Part shown: in pieces, positions 31,144 through 40,109 of the stretch
Layout: each line of letters begins with the position of its first letter
Position numbering within the stretch: the stretch's first letter is position 1
From: an uncultured bacterium
GTDB lineage: Bacteria; Krumholzibacteriota; Krumholzibacteriia; Krumholzibacteriales; Krumholzibacteriaceae
Length of the DNA stretch: 64,000 nucleotides
Direction: 5' to 3'
Assembly (NCBI GenBank): GCA_963786935.1
Contig: CAWBAN010000001.1
Span: 1,376,001 to 1,440,000 of the forward strand
The notes under the pieces: generated by a model
Database searches by the model: none
What the model saw: the letters and a program-made list of their open reading frames with translations, nothing else
Told to the model about the DNA's origin: nothing
Position numbers and translations under genes: made by a program

Positions 31144-32235
31144 CGTCGCGGCCGCCCCGACGACTTCCTCCACCCCGACCGATTCGACGCTCCCGTCCTT
31201 CCCGCGAACCGCGACGACCGATGCGGAGACCGGTTTCCACCGTGCCGGATCCGTCGGCCCGAACACGGCGACGCATCGCGCGCCGACCGCGCCCGCGATG
31301 TGCATGATGCCCGTGTCGTTGCAGAGGGTGATCACCGCGCGTTTCATGAGGGCGCCGAGAAATCCGAGCGACGGACACGGGAGCACGAACGGCCGCGTCC
31401 CGCACGCCCGGAGAAAGGCGTCGAGCGCTTCGGCGTCGAGCGGTCCCCCCGTCGCGACGACGCCGCACCGGTACCGTTCGGAGAGAATGCCCGCGGCCTC
31501 CGCGTACCTGCTCCCCGGCCACACGTTCGCCGCCTTCCCCGCCCCGGGATGGACGACGATGAACCGCGCCGGCGACCCGAACGATTCGGCGACGAATCGC
31601 TCGCAGTCGCGCTCGTCCTCCACCGGCGGAATGAACACGGAGGAGAGGTCCGCGACGCGGACGCCGATCGCGGACAGCGGATAGATGTTGTGCGCGCTCT
31701 CGTGCATGGAGTCGAGCTGCCCGCGCGGCGGCAGCGGCAGCTCGAGATGATAGAAGCGGGACGAGAGATCGTGGCCGAAGGGCTCGCTCGTGGAGCCGAT
31801 CCGCGCGCGGGCGCCGCTCGCGACGGCGAGCAGCATGCTCGTCACCGAAAAGGATACGGTATTGAGGACGATCGCCGCGTCGAAGCGCCGCTTCCTGAGA
31901 TCGGCGATGAACCGCGCGAGCGCGAAGGGTGCGCCGAGCCCCTTCTTTCGAGGCAGCACGAGCACCTCGTCGACGTACGGATTGCGCCGCATGCAGGCCG
32001 CGTTGACCGGCGAAGCGAGGAGCGTGATCCTCGCGTCTCCGAAGCGCGCCCGGAGCCCTCGGAACGCCGGAACGGCGAGGAGCATGTCTCCCATCTGGTG
32101 GTGCTGCCTGATGACGAGGAGCCGCCTAACCGGCATGAGCTCGAATTCCCGGGCGGTCATGCGGCGCTTCGACAGAAAGAGGGAGACGAGGCGCGCGAGC
32201 GCCAGTTTCCCCCGCCTCTCGATCCCTTTGATCAT
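31135..32235 (-). CDS. Glycosyltransferase family 9 (LPS heptosyltransferase-like)
   Basis: MGDMLL, NPYVDEV, HPGAG...W, NDTGIMHIAGA and FGPTDP..W.P motifs. Confidence 0.9.
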   Translation of the reverse strand: MIKGIERRGKLALARLVSLFLSKRRMTAREFELMPVRRLLVIRQHHQMGDMLLAVPAFRGLRARFGDARITLLASPVNAACMRRNPYVDEVLVLPRKKGLGAPFALARFIADLRKRRFDAAIVLNTVSFSVTSMLLAVASGARARIGSTSEPFGHDLSSRFYHLELPLPPRGQLDSMHESAHNIYPLSAIGVRVADLSSVFIPPVEDERDCERFVAESFGSPARFIVVHPGAGKAANVWPGSRYAEAAGILSERYRCGVVATGGPLDAEALDAFLRACGTRPFVLPCPSLGFLGALMKRAVITLCNDTGIMHIAGAVGARCVAVFGPTDPARWKPVSASVVAVRGKDGSVESVGVEEVVGAAATLL

Positions 32236-32264
32236 CGGCTCCTCCGAAAAAAAGAAAAATCGCC

Positions 32265-32378
32265 GGAACTTTTTTCGCCCCCTCGCGTATTACCCCCAGA
32301 GAGCGGGTGTTTTACCCCCATCCCACAATCCCTTCTTGCGGATGGCGGCCTCCCCCAAAAGGCCGCCATCATCTTTTT
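32265..32378 (+). ncRNA. Candidate ECF-sigma-dependent small RNA with its promoter and intrinsic terminator
   Basis: GGAAC-N16-CGTA (32265-32289), a C-rich tract, a perfect 11-bp hairpin 32341-32351/32360-32370 and ATCTTTTT, all on the strand opposite both flanking genes. Confidence 0.45.
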
Positions 32379-32428
32379 CGGCCCCGGGGAGGCGCCCGCC
32401 CGCGGCGCCGGCTTCGTGAAAACGGCGC

Positions 32429-33382
32429 TCATGCCTGCCGCTTCAGGCTCCGCTCGTCGGGCACGCTTTCGAGGATCTTGAGATAGCTCTCGAACCGCCC
32501 GCGCGCGATGTCCCCCCGCTCGACCGCGTCCTTCACGGCGCAATCGGGCTCGTGACTGTGCGTGCAGGTCGCGAAGCGGCAGCCGTCGCGGTACGGGGCG
32601 AAATCGCGGAAGAATCCCGCAAGCTTCTCCTTCGACACGCCCCAGATGCCGAACTCCCGGACTCCCGGCGTGTCGCCGAGGTACCCGCCCCGCGCGAGGG
32701 GATGAATCTCGAAATGGCTCGTCGTATGCGTCCCCTTGCCGGTCCGCGCGCTCACGCTTCCCACGGCCAGCTCGAGGCCGGGCTGCACGCGGGAGACGAG
32801 CGAGCTCTTCCCGCTCCCCGAAGGCCCCGTGAAGATCGAGAGCTTGCCGGCGAGCGCCCCCGCGAGCTCGTCGACTCCTTCCCCGGTGCGGGCGCTCGCG
32901 CAGACGCACGCGTACCCCATCGTCCGGTAGGGGGCGAGCGACTCGTCGATGCCGGAGCGGGCATCGGCGAGATCCATCTTGTTGACGCAGATGAGCGCAT
33001 CCATGGAGCCGCACGACGCCGAGACGAGCATGCGGTCGAGGAGCCGCAGGTTCAGCGCGGGCTCCTTCACCGCGAAGACGAGGATCGTCTGATCCATGTT
33101 GGCGCCGAGGATCCGGTATCCCTTCCGCTGCGACGGATCGGTCCGTGCGAGGATCGACCGCCGGGCCTCGAGCTCGACGATCACCCCCTGCCGCGCACCG
33201 CCGCCGCGCTCGACCCTGACCTGCACGATGTCGCCGACGACGGGCAGCACTTCCTCGGGCACGCTCCCGAGACGAAACCGCCCGCGGAGCGAGCAACGAA
33301 TCTCCCCGGAGCCGGTTTCGACGAAGAACGCCGCACCCTTGCCCCGAACGACGAGCCCTCGAATGATCTCCATAGCCTCCAT
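32429..33382 (-). CDS. rsgA: Small ribosomal subunit biogenesis GTPase
   Basis: Circularly permuted GTPase (NKMD, GPSGSGKSS, GTHTT, DTPG) plus CRFATCTHSHEPDC zinc site. Confidence 0.95.
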   Translation of the reverse strand: MEAMEIIRGLVVRGKGAAFFVETGSGEIRCSLRGRFRLGSVPEEVLPVVGDIVQVRVERGGGARQGVIVELEARRSILARTDPSQRKGYRILGANMDQTILVFAVKEPALNLRLLDRMLVSASCGSMDALICVNKMDLADARSGIDESLAPYRTMGYACVCASARTGEGVDELAGALAGKLSIFTGPSGSGKSSLVSRVQPGLELAVGSVSARTGKGTHTTSHFEIHPLARGGYLGDTPGVREFGIWGVSKEKLAGFFRDFAPYRDGCRFATCTHSHEPDCAVKDAVERGDIARGRFESYLKILESVPDERSLKRQA

Positions 33383-33502
33383 GGCGCGAACATCCCTTTC
33401 CCGCGCGCGAAAATCCCTCATCGAGCGTAGCAAAATTATTTTCCCCTAAAAAGGTGAAATTGTTATAGAATGTTCAACGGGGCATGCTATATTATGAGGA
33501 GT

Positions 33503-33970
33503 ATGGAAGCAAGCAAGCTGATTTCGTTCTTCGAAGAGGATCTTTGCATATTTCATCTCCGGTCGCGCAAGAAGATGAGCGTGCTCCAGGAGATCGTGCA
33601 TCATCTCGCCCTCAAGAACAAAATATCGGACGAGAACTTCATCATCGACATGCTGAAGAACCGCGAGAGCCTCGGCAGCACCGGGCTCGGCAACGGCGTC
33701 GCGTTCCCGCACGGACGCTCGCTCGCCATCAAGGAGCTCTCCGTGCTCTTCGCCCGTTCGGCGTCCGGAATCGATTTCGACGCGCTCGACGGAAAACCGA
33801 CGCGGGTCTTCTTTCTCATTCTCGCTCCGTCCGACAAGGGTTCCGAGACGTACCTCGCGATCCTGAGCGAGCTCATCGGCCTCATCCAGAAGCCCGCGAA
33901 GCTCAAGAGCCTCTACGAGGTCACCGACTACCCGTCGCTCGTGAAGATTCTGGAGGATAAGGATCTGTGA
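33503..33970 (+). CDS. PTS IIA-like protein (PtsN / Fru-type)
   Basis: RESLGSTGLGNGVAFPH phosphorylation motif and GIDFDALDGKP. Confidence 0.9.
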   Translation: MEASKLISFFEEDLCIFHLRSRKKMSVLQEIVHHLALKNKISDENFIIDMLKNRESLGSTGLGNGVAFPHGRSLAIKELSVLFARSASGIDFDALDGKPTRVFFLILAPSDKGSETYLAILSELIGLIQKPAKLKSLYEVTDYPSLVKILEDKDL

Positions 33971-34311
33971 GAGACGAGCACCGGCTCCTCATCGCCCTGC
34001 AGGACCTCGACATCATGATCAAAGAGGTGAAGGACAAGGCTACCTCCAAGGAGCTTCAGAGCCTCGGATTCAAGCTCACCGGCCTGAACGAGCTGCAGGA
34101 GGCGAGGGAAAAGATCGCGAAGAAGACGCCGAAGGGGCTCCTGCAGCGCTACGAGAAACTCACCGAGCATTTCACCGTCGCGATTCTTCCCGTCACGGGA
34201 AATCTCTGCCTCGGATGCTTCGTCAAGCTGCCCACCTCGTTCTTCTCCGCGGTGAGCAGGAACGAGCTCCAGACGTGCGAGAACTGCGGAAGGCTGCTGT
34301 ACATTCCGTAG
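33967..34311 (+). CDS. Short DUF164-type C4 zinc-ribbon protein
   Basis: LIALQDLD at the N-terminus, LLQRYEKL and CLGC...CENCGRLLY; only 114 aa, so the long coiled coil is missing. Confidence 0.8.
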   Translation: MRDEHRLLIALQDLDIMIKEVKDKATSKELQSLGFKLTGLNELQEAREKIAKKTPKGLLQRYEKLTEHFTVAILPVTGNLCLGCFVKLPTSFFSAVSRNELQTCENCGRLLYIP

Positions 34312-34359
34312 GCTCCCATCGGCTCACAAGAGCCCGACGCGAGTTTTTCCAACTTCTTC

Positions 34360-34388
34360 TTGATAAACCCGCCGCCTTCAGGTAAAGT
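34360..34388 (+). promoter_or_regulatory. Sigma-70-type promoter of the giant sigma-54 activator
   Basis: TTGATA-N17-TAAAGT. Confidence 0.55.
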
Positions 34389-34429
34389 ATTTTAACCAGG
34401 CAAGAAACTTAACGAACGCGGGGCTTCTC

Positions 34430-37400
34430 ATGCAGAACGACAAGACCGGGGACGCGCTCAATGCGAGGTATTCCATCCGGAAAACGCTCGGCGATTATCC
34501 TCCGTGGCGCGGCTACAGCGTCACCGACTCCCTGAGCGAGCGGGAGTATCTCCTGTTCTCGGTCGACACGCCGCAGGGCGTCTCCTTGTCGATTGAAGAT
34601 CTCCGGATGCGGGATTATCTCTTTTCCCGGTCGGGGAAGCTCGCGCAACCGGTCATCTCGCTCCAGCAAACGAACGGCTCGATTACGTTCCTCCTTCCCC
34701 ATGCGGACATCGTCCCCCTGGCGGATGCGCTTCCCCGGATGAAGCCGGCCGCGGCCGCCGAAGTCGTGCGCGCGATCGCCTCCTTCATCCGCGCCCGCCT
34801 CGCTGAGGGGCTCCGTTTCTGCAATCTTACGATCGATTCATTTCATCTGTCGAACGGCGAGCCGGCCCTGCTCCCCGTCGCGTACCTGCTCCCCGGCGAA
34901 TGCCTCCGCCGCATGACGGAAAACCGGTGGGCCGCCGCGGAACGCGCGGGCGCGCCCGTCGGGGATCTTCGCGCCGCGGGAGCCGTTCTCGCAGGCCTCG
35001 CGCCCGCGCTCGATGACGAAACCGCTTCCCGGATCGAGCGACTCGCCGTTCGACTCCGAGCGCTCGATCCCGCGGCGCCGGAGACGGAAATCCGCGCCGC
35101 ACTCGACGAACTCGCCGCCTGCGCCGGCGAGAACCTCCCCCAGGACCGTTTCATGCCGCCGGATTTCGCCGAGGCCACTCCCCCGGCAGCGGTCGTTCGC
35201 GCGATGCGGCACGCCGCGCTCAAGGCGCGCGACGGCGAAAAGCAGCTCGTGATCGTGACCGGCGCGCGCGGAGGGGGCAAGACGCGCTTCCTGGAATTCG
35301 TCTCCGACCGCCTCGTGAACGAATGGGGCTTCCGCCACGGCCTCATCGCGGGGGATCTGGCCCTCTACCAGGATTCCGCCGAACGGGAACCGGGCGATCC
35401 CCGCGATTTCGTCATCGTCGATGACCACGCGGACGAGCCGCTGCTGGCGTGTCATGTCGTCGATTTCGCGTGCCAGGCGCTCGAGCGCTGCAATCTCGTC
35501 GTCATCTCATCGGGCGAGGACGCGCCGGTCGTCGCGCGGTACCTTCGGGAGGAAGTGTCGAGACGGCACATCGAGATACGGGAGATCGAGCTTCCCGCTC
35601 CCGCCCGCCGGCGGGAAGATCGGGTGCCGGGAACGGACGGTCCGGGACCGCTCGACGACCTCTCCGGCGAGGAGCGTTCGGTCCTCGCGTTTCTCGCGGT
35701 CTTCGGATTCGAAGCGCCGCTCTCGTTCCTGCTCGGCATTTTCGCGCCGGAGGAAAACGGGATTTTCGCCGCGCTCCAGGGCCTCGTCGCCCGCGGTCTC
35801 GTGAAATCGCGCGTCGAGATCTCGAGCCTCGCCGGCGGAGCGCTCGCGAGCGTTTACGCGCCGGCGGGCGGCTCGATCGCCCGCGAAGCCCTGGCGAGCC
35901 TGCCCCCGGAGCGGCGGGAATCGATCCACCGGAGCATCGCGCGCCTCCTCGCGGAAACGCGGAACGCGCCCTCGCTCTACACCTTCTTCCATCTCGCCCG
36001 AAGCGGGGCCCGCGAGGAAGCCGCGCTCAAGGGGCTCGAAACGCTGCGGTCCTTCATGAAACGGAAGAAGCTCGCCGCGCTCGCCTGCTTCAACGCGAGC
36101 TTCATGGACGAGAAGCTCGACCGGATGCTCCCCGACGACGTGCGCTTCGGCCTCTACCTCGATCTCGGCAACCACTTCTCTCTGACGGGAAACATGGAGC
36201 GCGCGGAGTGCTTCTTCAACCAGTGCCGCGAGGAGATACCCCGCGTGAAGAGTCCCGAGCGATTCCGGCACCTCGCCGTCGAGGCCGCACGGCGCGAGAG
36301 CGAGATCCTCGAGAAGCGGGGGGAGTTCCTCAAGGCGGAGAAACTCCTCGAAAAGGCGCTCGAGACCCACGGAGAGCAGCTCCTCTCGGGGGAACGCGCC
36401 AAGCTCTACAACGACATCGCGTGGATCCACTACCGGCTCGGCGCCTTCGACCGTTCCTGGGAGCATTGCCTCGTCGTGCACAAGCTGCTCGACGAGAAAC
36501 AGAATCCGGCCGAGATCGCGCAGGCGTACAACCTCATGGGGACGATCAATTGGAACCGGAGCCGGTACGACGACGCGATCCTCTGCTACAAGCGATGCCT
36601 CGTGCTCCGCGAGGAGTGCGGCGACGAGATCGGCATCGCGGCGAACTACAACAACCTCGGCCTCGTGTACCGTTCCCTCGGACTGTTCGCCGATGCGCTC
36701 GATTGTTTCAAGAAAAGCATGGAGATCAAGAGGCGGCACGAGAATCTTCCGGGTCTCGCCGCCGCCCATCTGAACCTCGCGCTCGTGTACCTCGATCTCG
36801 AGAAGATCAAGGACGCCGAACGGAGCTGCGTCACCGCCGTGCGCCTCGCCGAGGAGATCGGCAATCAGCAGCTGCTCGCCGAATCGCACGGCACGATGGG
36901 CGAGATATGGTTCCTCCAGGGAAATTACGAGAAGGCGCAGGGCTGCTACGCGAGGGATCTGCAGCTCTGCGACAAGACGAAATCGCTCCGCGAGCGGGCC
37001 GTCGTCTACCGGAAACTCGGCGATCTCAATTTCGCTCTCGGGAAGATCCCTGAAACGCGCGAGCTCCTCGCGCTCGCGCGCTCCCTCAACCAGAAGATCG
37101 GCTCGCGCCTCGAGACGGCGCTCCTCAGCCTGCTCGAGGGGAGGATTCTCCTCGCCGAGGGGAAGCGCGAAGACGGCCGAGACAAGCTCGAGGGAGCGAG
37201 CCTCGAGCTCTCGCTCCTCGGTAAGAAGAAGGCCGCTTCCGCCGTCGCCGCCGAGATCGGGGTGCTCTACCTCGAGGAGGGCAACGAGCCGCTCGCGCGG
37301 GATTACCTCCTGCGCGCGATGTCGCTCGTCGCGGCCGGCGATCAGCCCCCGCTGCAGGCGCGCTCGCTCCAGGACGCGCTCGACGCGCGGAGCCCTCTGA

Positions 37401-38968
37401 GCCGCGATCAGATCGTGAGCGACGCGGACCGGTTTCAGGCGCTCATCAGGCTCACCTCGCTCGTGCGATCGGCCCGCGATCAGGATACCCTCCGGAGCAC
37501 GATCGTCGATTCGGCGCGGCGGATCGCCGCGATGGACCGCGCGGCGCTCCTCATGAAGGACGAGGGGCACGATTCGTTCCGCGTCGCCGCGTCGGGAGGC
37601 GGATTCACGGCGGGGAGCCTGCTCGCCGACCGGAACATCGCGGCCGTGCTCTCGTTGACGCTCCGGCTCGGATTCCCGCTCGACGTCACGCGCACGACGA
37701 TGCCGGAAAGCAAGATTTCCCGCGAGTTCCTCGACGAGCATCCGCGCCTCATCTGCGTCCCGCTGCGTCTGCAGGGAGACACGGCGGAGTTCCTCTACCT
37801 CGATTCGACGCGGAGCGCCGCACGGACGTCCGACGAGGACCACAGCCTGCTCCTCGCCTTCGGCCAGGAGGCGGGCGCGGCGCTCGAAAGGCTGACGCTC
37901 GTCGACCGGATCGACCGGCTCGAGAAATCGCGCTCGGCCGTGAAGAGCCCGATCGCGCGGCCCACGGAGCACGTCGCGCTCCAACGGCTCGTGGGATCGT
38001 CCCCCCCGATGCGGCATATCGCCGAGCTCATCGAGGGAATCAAGGACATGGATACGACGGTCCTCCTCACGGGATCGAACGGAACGGGCAAGGATCTCAT
38101 CGCCAAGATGATTCATTACGGCGGGAGCCGCGCCGCGCGGCCCTTCGTCTCGCTCAACTGCTCGGCGATCCCCGACGAGCTGCTCGAAAGCGAGCTCTTC
38201 GGCCACGAGAAGGGCACGTTCACGGGCGCGGTCCGGCAGCGCATCGGCCATTTCGAATCGGCGAACGGCGGCACGCTCTTCCTCAACGAGATCGGAGACA
38301 TGCCGCTCCGGCTCCAGCCGAAGCTCCTCCACGTCCTCGAGAACCAGCAATTTTACCGGCTTGGGGGGACGCAGACGATCTCGACGAACGTCCGCATCAT
38401 CACCGCCACGAACAAGGATCTCCTCGGACTCGTGCGGGAGGGCGGATTCCGGGAGGATCTCTACTACCGCGTCAACATCTTCCCGATCCGCGTTCCGGAT
38501 CTCAAGGAGCGCATCGAGGACATCGAGCCGCTGTGCAACCACTTCCTGATGACCTTCTGCAGACTGTACGGCATTCCGCCGAAGAAGATATCCTCCGAGG
38601 CGATGTCGCTCCTCACCGCCTACGATTGGCCGGGGAACGTGCGGGAGCTCGAGAACCTCGTGAACCGGATCATCATCATCTCGAAGAAGGAAACGATTCT
38701 CCCCGAGGACCTGCCGGACGTCATCCTGCGGCGTCCCGAAAGCGCGCGCGCGCAGTCGCGCGCGACGATCGAGGAAACGGTCGACTCGCTGCTCGAAAAC
38801 GTCGAGTTGACGACGGGCGATCCGATCCTTCCCCGGATCGAGGGAATGATCGTGAGCAAGGTCGTCGAGAAGATCGGCGACAAGACGAAGGCGGCCGCGG
38901 TGCTCGGAATATCGAAACCCACCGTCTACGCGAAGCTGAAGAAGTATGGAAAGAACAAAACCGCGTAG
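34430..38968 (+). CDS. Multidomain sigma-54-interacting regulator: pseudokinase - P-loop NTPase - TPRs - GAF - AAA+ - Fis HTH
   Basis: GARGGGKT; many MalT-type TPRs; GAF-like segment; GSNGTGKD, ESELFGHEKGTFTGA, LFLNEIG, FREDLYYR and WPGNVRELEN; KTKAAAVLGISKPTVYAKL. Confidence 0.92.
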   Translation: MQNDKTGDALNARYSIRKTLGDYPPWRGYSVTDSLSEREYLLFSVDTPQGVSLSIEDLRMRDYLFSRSGKLAQPVISLQQTNGSITFLLPHADIVPLADALPRMKPAAAAEVVRAIASFIRARLAEGLRFCNLTIDSFHLSNGEPALLPVAYLLPGECLRRMTENRWAAAERAGAPVGDLRAAGAVLAGLAPALDDETASRIERLAVRLRALDPAAPETEIRAALDELAACAGENLPQDRFMPPDFAEATPPAAVVRAMRHAALKARDGEKQLVIVTGARGGGKTRFLEFVSDRLVNEWGFRHGLIAGDLALYQDSAEREPGDPRDFVIVDDHADEPLLACHVVDFACQALERCNLVVISSGEDAPVVARYLREEVSRRHIEIREIELPAPARRREDRVPGTDGPGPLDDLSGEERSVLAFLAVFGFEAPLSFLLGIFAPEENGIFAALQGLVARGLVKSRVEISSLAGGALASVYAPAGGSIAREALASLPPERRESIHRSIARLLAETRNAPSLYTFFHLARSGAREEAALKGLETLRSFMKRKKLAALACFNASFMDEKLDRMLPDDVRFGLYLDLGNHFSLTGNMERAECFFNQCREEIPRVKSPERFRHLAVEAARRESEILEKRGEFLKAEKLLEKALETHGEQLLSGERAKLYNDIAWIHYRLGAFDRSWEHCLVVHKLLDEKQNPAEIAQAYNLMGTINWNRSRYDDAILCYKRCLVLREECGDEIGIAANYNNLGLVYRSLGLFADALDCFKKSMEIKRRHENLPGLAAAHLNLALVYLDLEKIKDAERSCVTAVRLAEEIGNQQLLAESHGTMGEIWFLQGNYEKAQGCYARDLQLCDKTKSLRERAVVYRKLGDLNFALGKIPETRELLALARSLNQKIGSRLETALLSLLEGRILLAEGKREDGRDKLEGASLELSLLGKKKAASAVAAEIGVLYLEEGNEPLARDYLLRAMSLVAAGDQPPLQARSLQDALDARSPLSRDQIVSDADRFQALIRLTSLVRSARDQDTLRSTIVDSARRIAAMDRAALLMKDEGHDSFRVAASGGGFTAGSLLADRNIAAVLSLTLRLGFPLDVTRTTMPESKISREFLDEHPRLICVPLRLQGDTAEFLYLDSTRSAARTSDEDHSLLLAFGQEAGAALERLTLVDRIDRLEKSRSAVKSPIARPTEHVALQRLVGSSPPMRHIAELIEGIKDMDTTVLLTGSNGTGKDLIAKMIHYGGSRAARPFVSLNCSAIPDELLESELFGHEKGTFTGAVRQRIGHFESANGGTLFLNEIGDMPLRLQPKLLHVLENQQFYRLGGTQTISTNVRIITATNKDLLGLVREGGFREDLYYRVNIFPIRVPDLKERIEDIEPLCNHFLMTFCRLYGIPPKKISSEAMSLLTAYDWPGNVRELENLVNRIIIISKKETILPEDLPDVILRRPESARAQSRATIEETVDSLLENVELTTGDPILPRIEGMIVSKVVEKIGDKTKAAAVLGISKPTVYAKLKKYGKNKTA

Positions 38969-39968
38969 CCGCTCGCCCCTGATCGTGCCGGCGCTCGTGG
39001 TCCTCGCCGCCCTCGCCGCCGTCTACCTCCCGATCCGTCTGGGCATCGCGAAGTCCGATCGCGCGCGCGAGGCGCCCACCCGGGGCGCCGCCGTCAGCGT
39101 GTTCCTCACGAATCAGCTCGCGGGCTACCGCGAGCCGTGCGGTTGAAAGAAGGACAAGCAATGCGGGATGGCCCGGTGGGCCTCCCTCGTCGATCAACGG
39201 CGGAGCGAGCGGGCGACGATCCTCATCGACGCCGGCGATTTTTCGCTGCCTCCCGATACGAGGAACCGCGATTTCAAGGAGCGGTATTTCTTCGAGGCGA
39301 TGAAGCTTCTCCGGTACGACGCCGTCGCCGTCGGCGACGGCGAAACGCGCGACGGGCTCCTCGCGGCCGCCGAACGTCTCCGCCTGCCGCTCGTGAGCTC
39401 GAACATCCGCGACCGTGCGACGGGAGAACCGGTGGCCGCCGAATCGATCGTCAAGGAGGTCGGCGGCTCCCGGACGCTCTTCGGACGCCGGGGCGCCGTG
39501 CGCGTCGGCATCTTCTCGGTCGTGCTTCCGTCCTTCGTTCACCGGGCCGGCCGGGACGGACGTCCGCAGTACAACGTACTGGATCCGAAGCTCTCGTCGC
39601 TCGCCGCGGCGGCGAATCTGCGCGCCCGGGGATGCGATCTCGTCATCGCGGTGAGCCACCTCGGGTGGCGAAACAGCCTCGAGCTCGCGCGGGACGTGCC
39701 GGGGATCGATCTCGTCCTGAACGGGCATCGCGAGCACGCGCGGACGCACCTGGAACGCGTCGGCTCGACGGCCGTCGTCGACGCGGGGGAAACGGAATGG
39801 TCGTTCTCCGAGGTGTCCGTGACGTTCGAGGGCGATTCGCTCGGCATCGCCGCGGCGAACGTCTGCGGCGAGGCGCTCGGGATGCGCGCCGATCCGAGGT
39901 TCGTCGAGATCCAGGAGAAATACGCCGAGGCGCTGCGGCGTCTTTCCGGCGGCGCCGCGAAGCGATAG
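38946..39968 (+). CDS. UshA-like metallophosphatase-fold (seleno)protein, UGA at 39144-39146 probably read as Sec
   Basis: The 38946 and 39168 ORFs are in frame across a single TGA: GYREPCG(U)KKDKQCGMARW; IDAGD, YDAVAVGDGE, VSSNI, SHLG and GIDLVLNGH; N-terminal TM helix. Confidence 0.8.
39165..39186 (+). promoter_or_regulatory. Putative bacterial SECIS hairpin
   Basis: GGGA-U(bulge)-GGCCC-GGU-GGGCC-UCCC; the loop starts 28 nt after the UGA. Confidence 0.65.
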
Positions 39969-40109
39969 CCCCGAGGTCTCTCCGCCCGGCCCCCGGCCGC
40001 GCTCCCGGCCGGCGTCGTTTTTGCTTTGCGCGCCGGCGCGGACGGCGCTACAATCATTCCCGGGAAACCAGCGCGTATCCATCATGAAAATGAAAGAAGG
40101 TGAGTCGTC

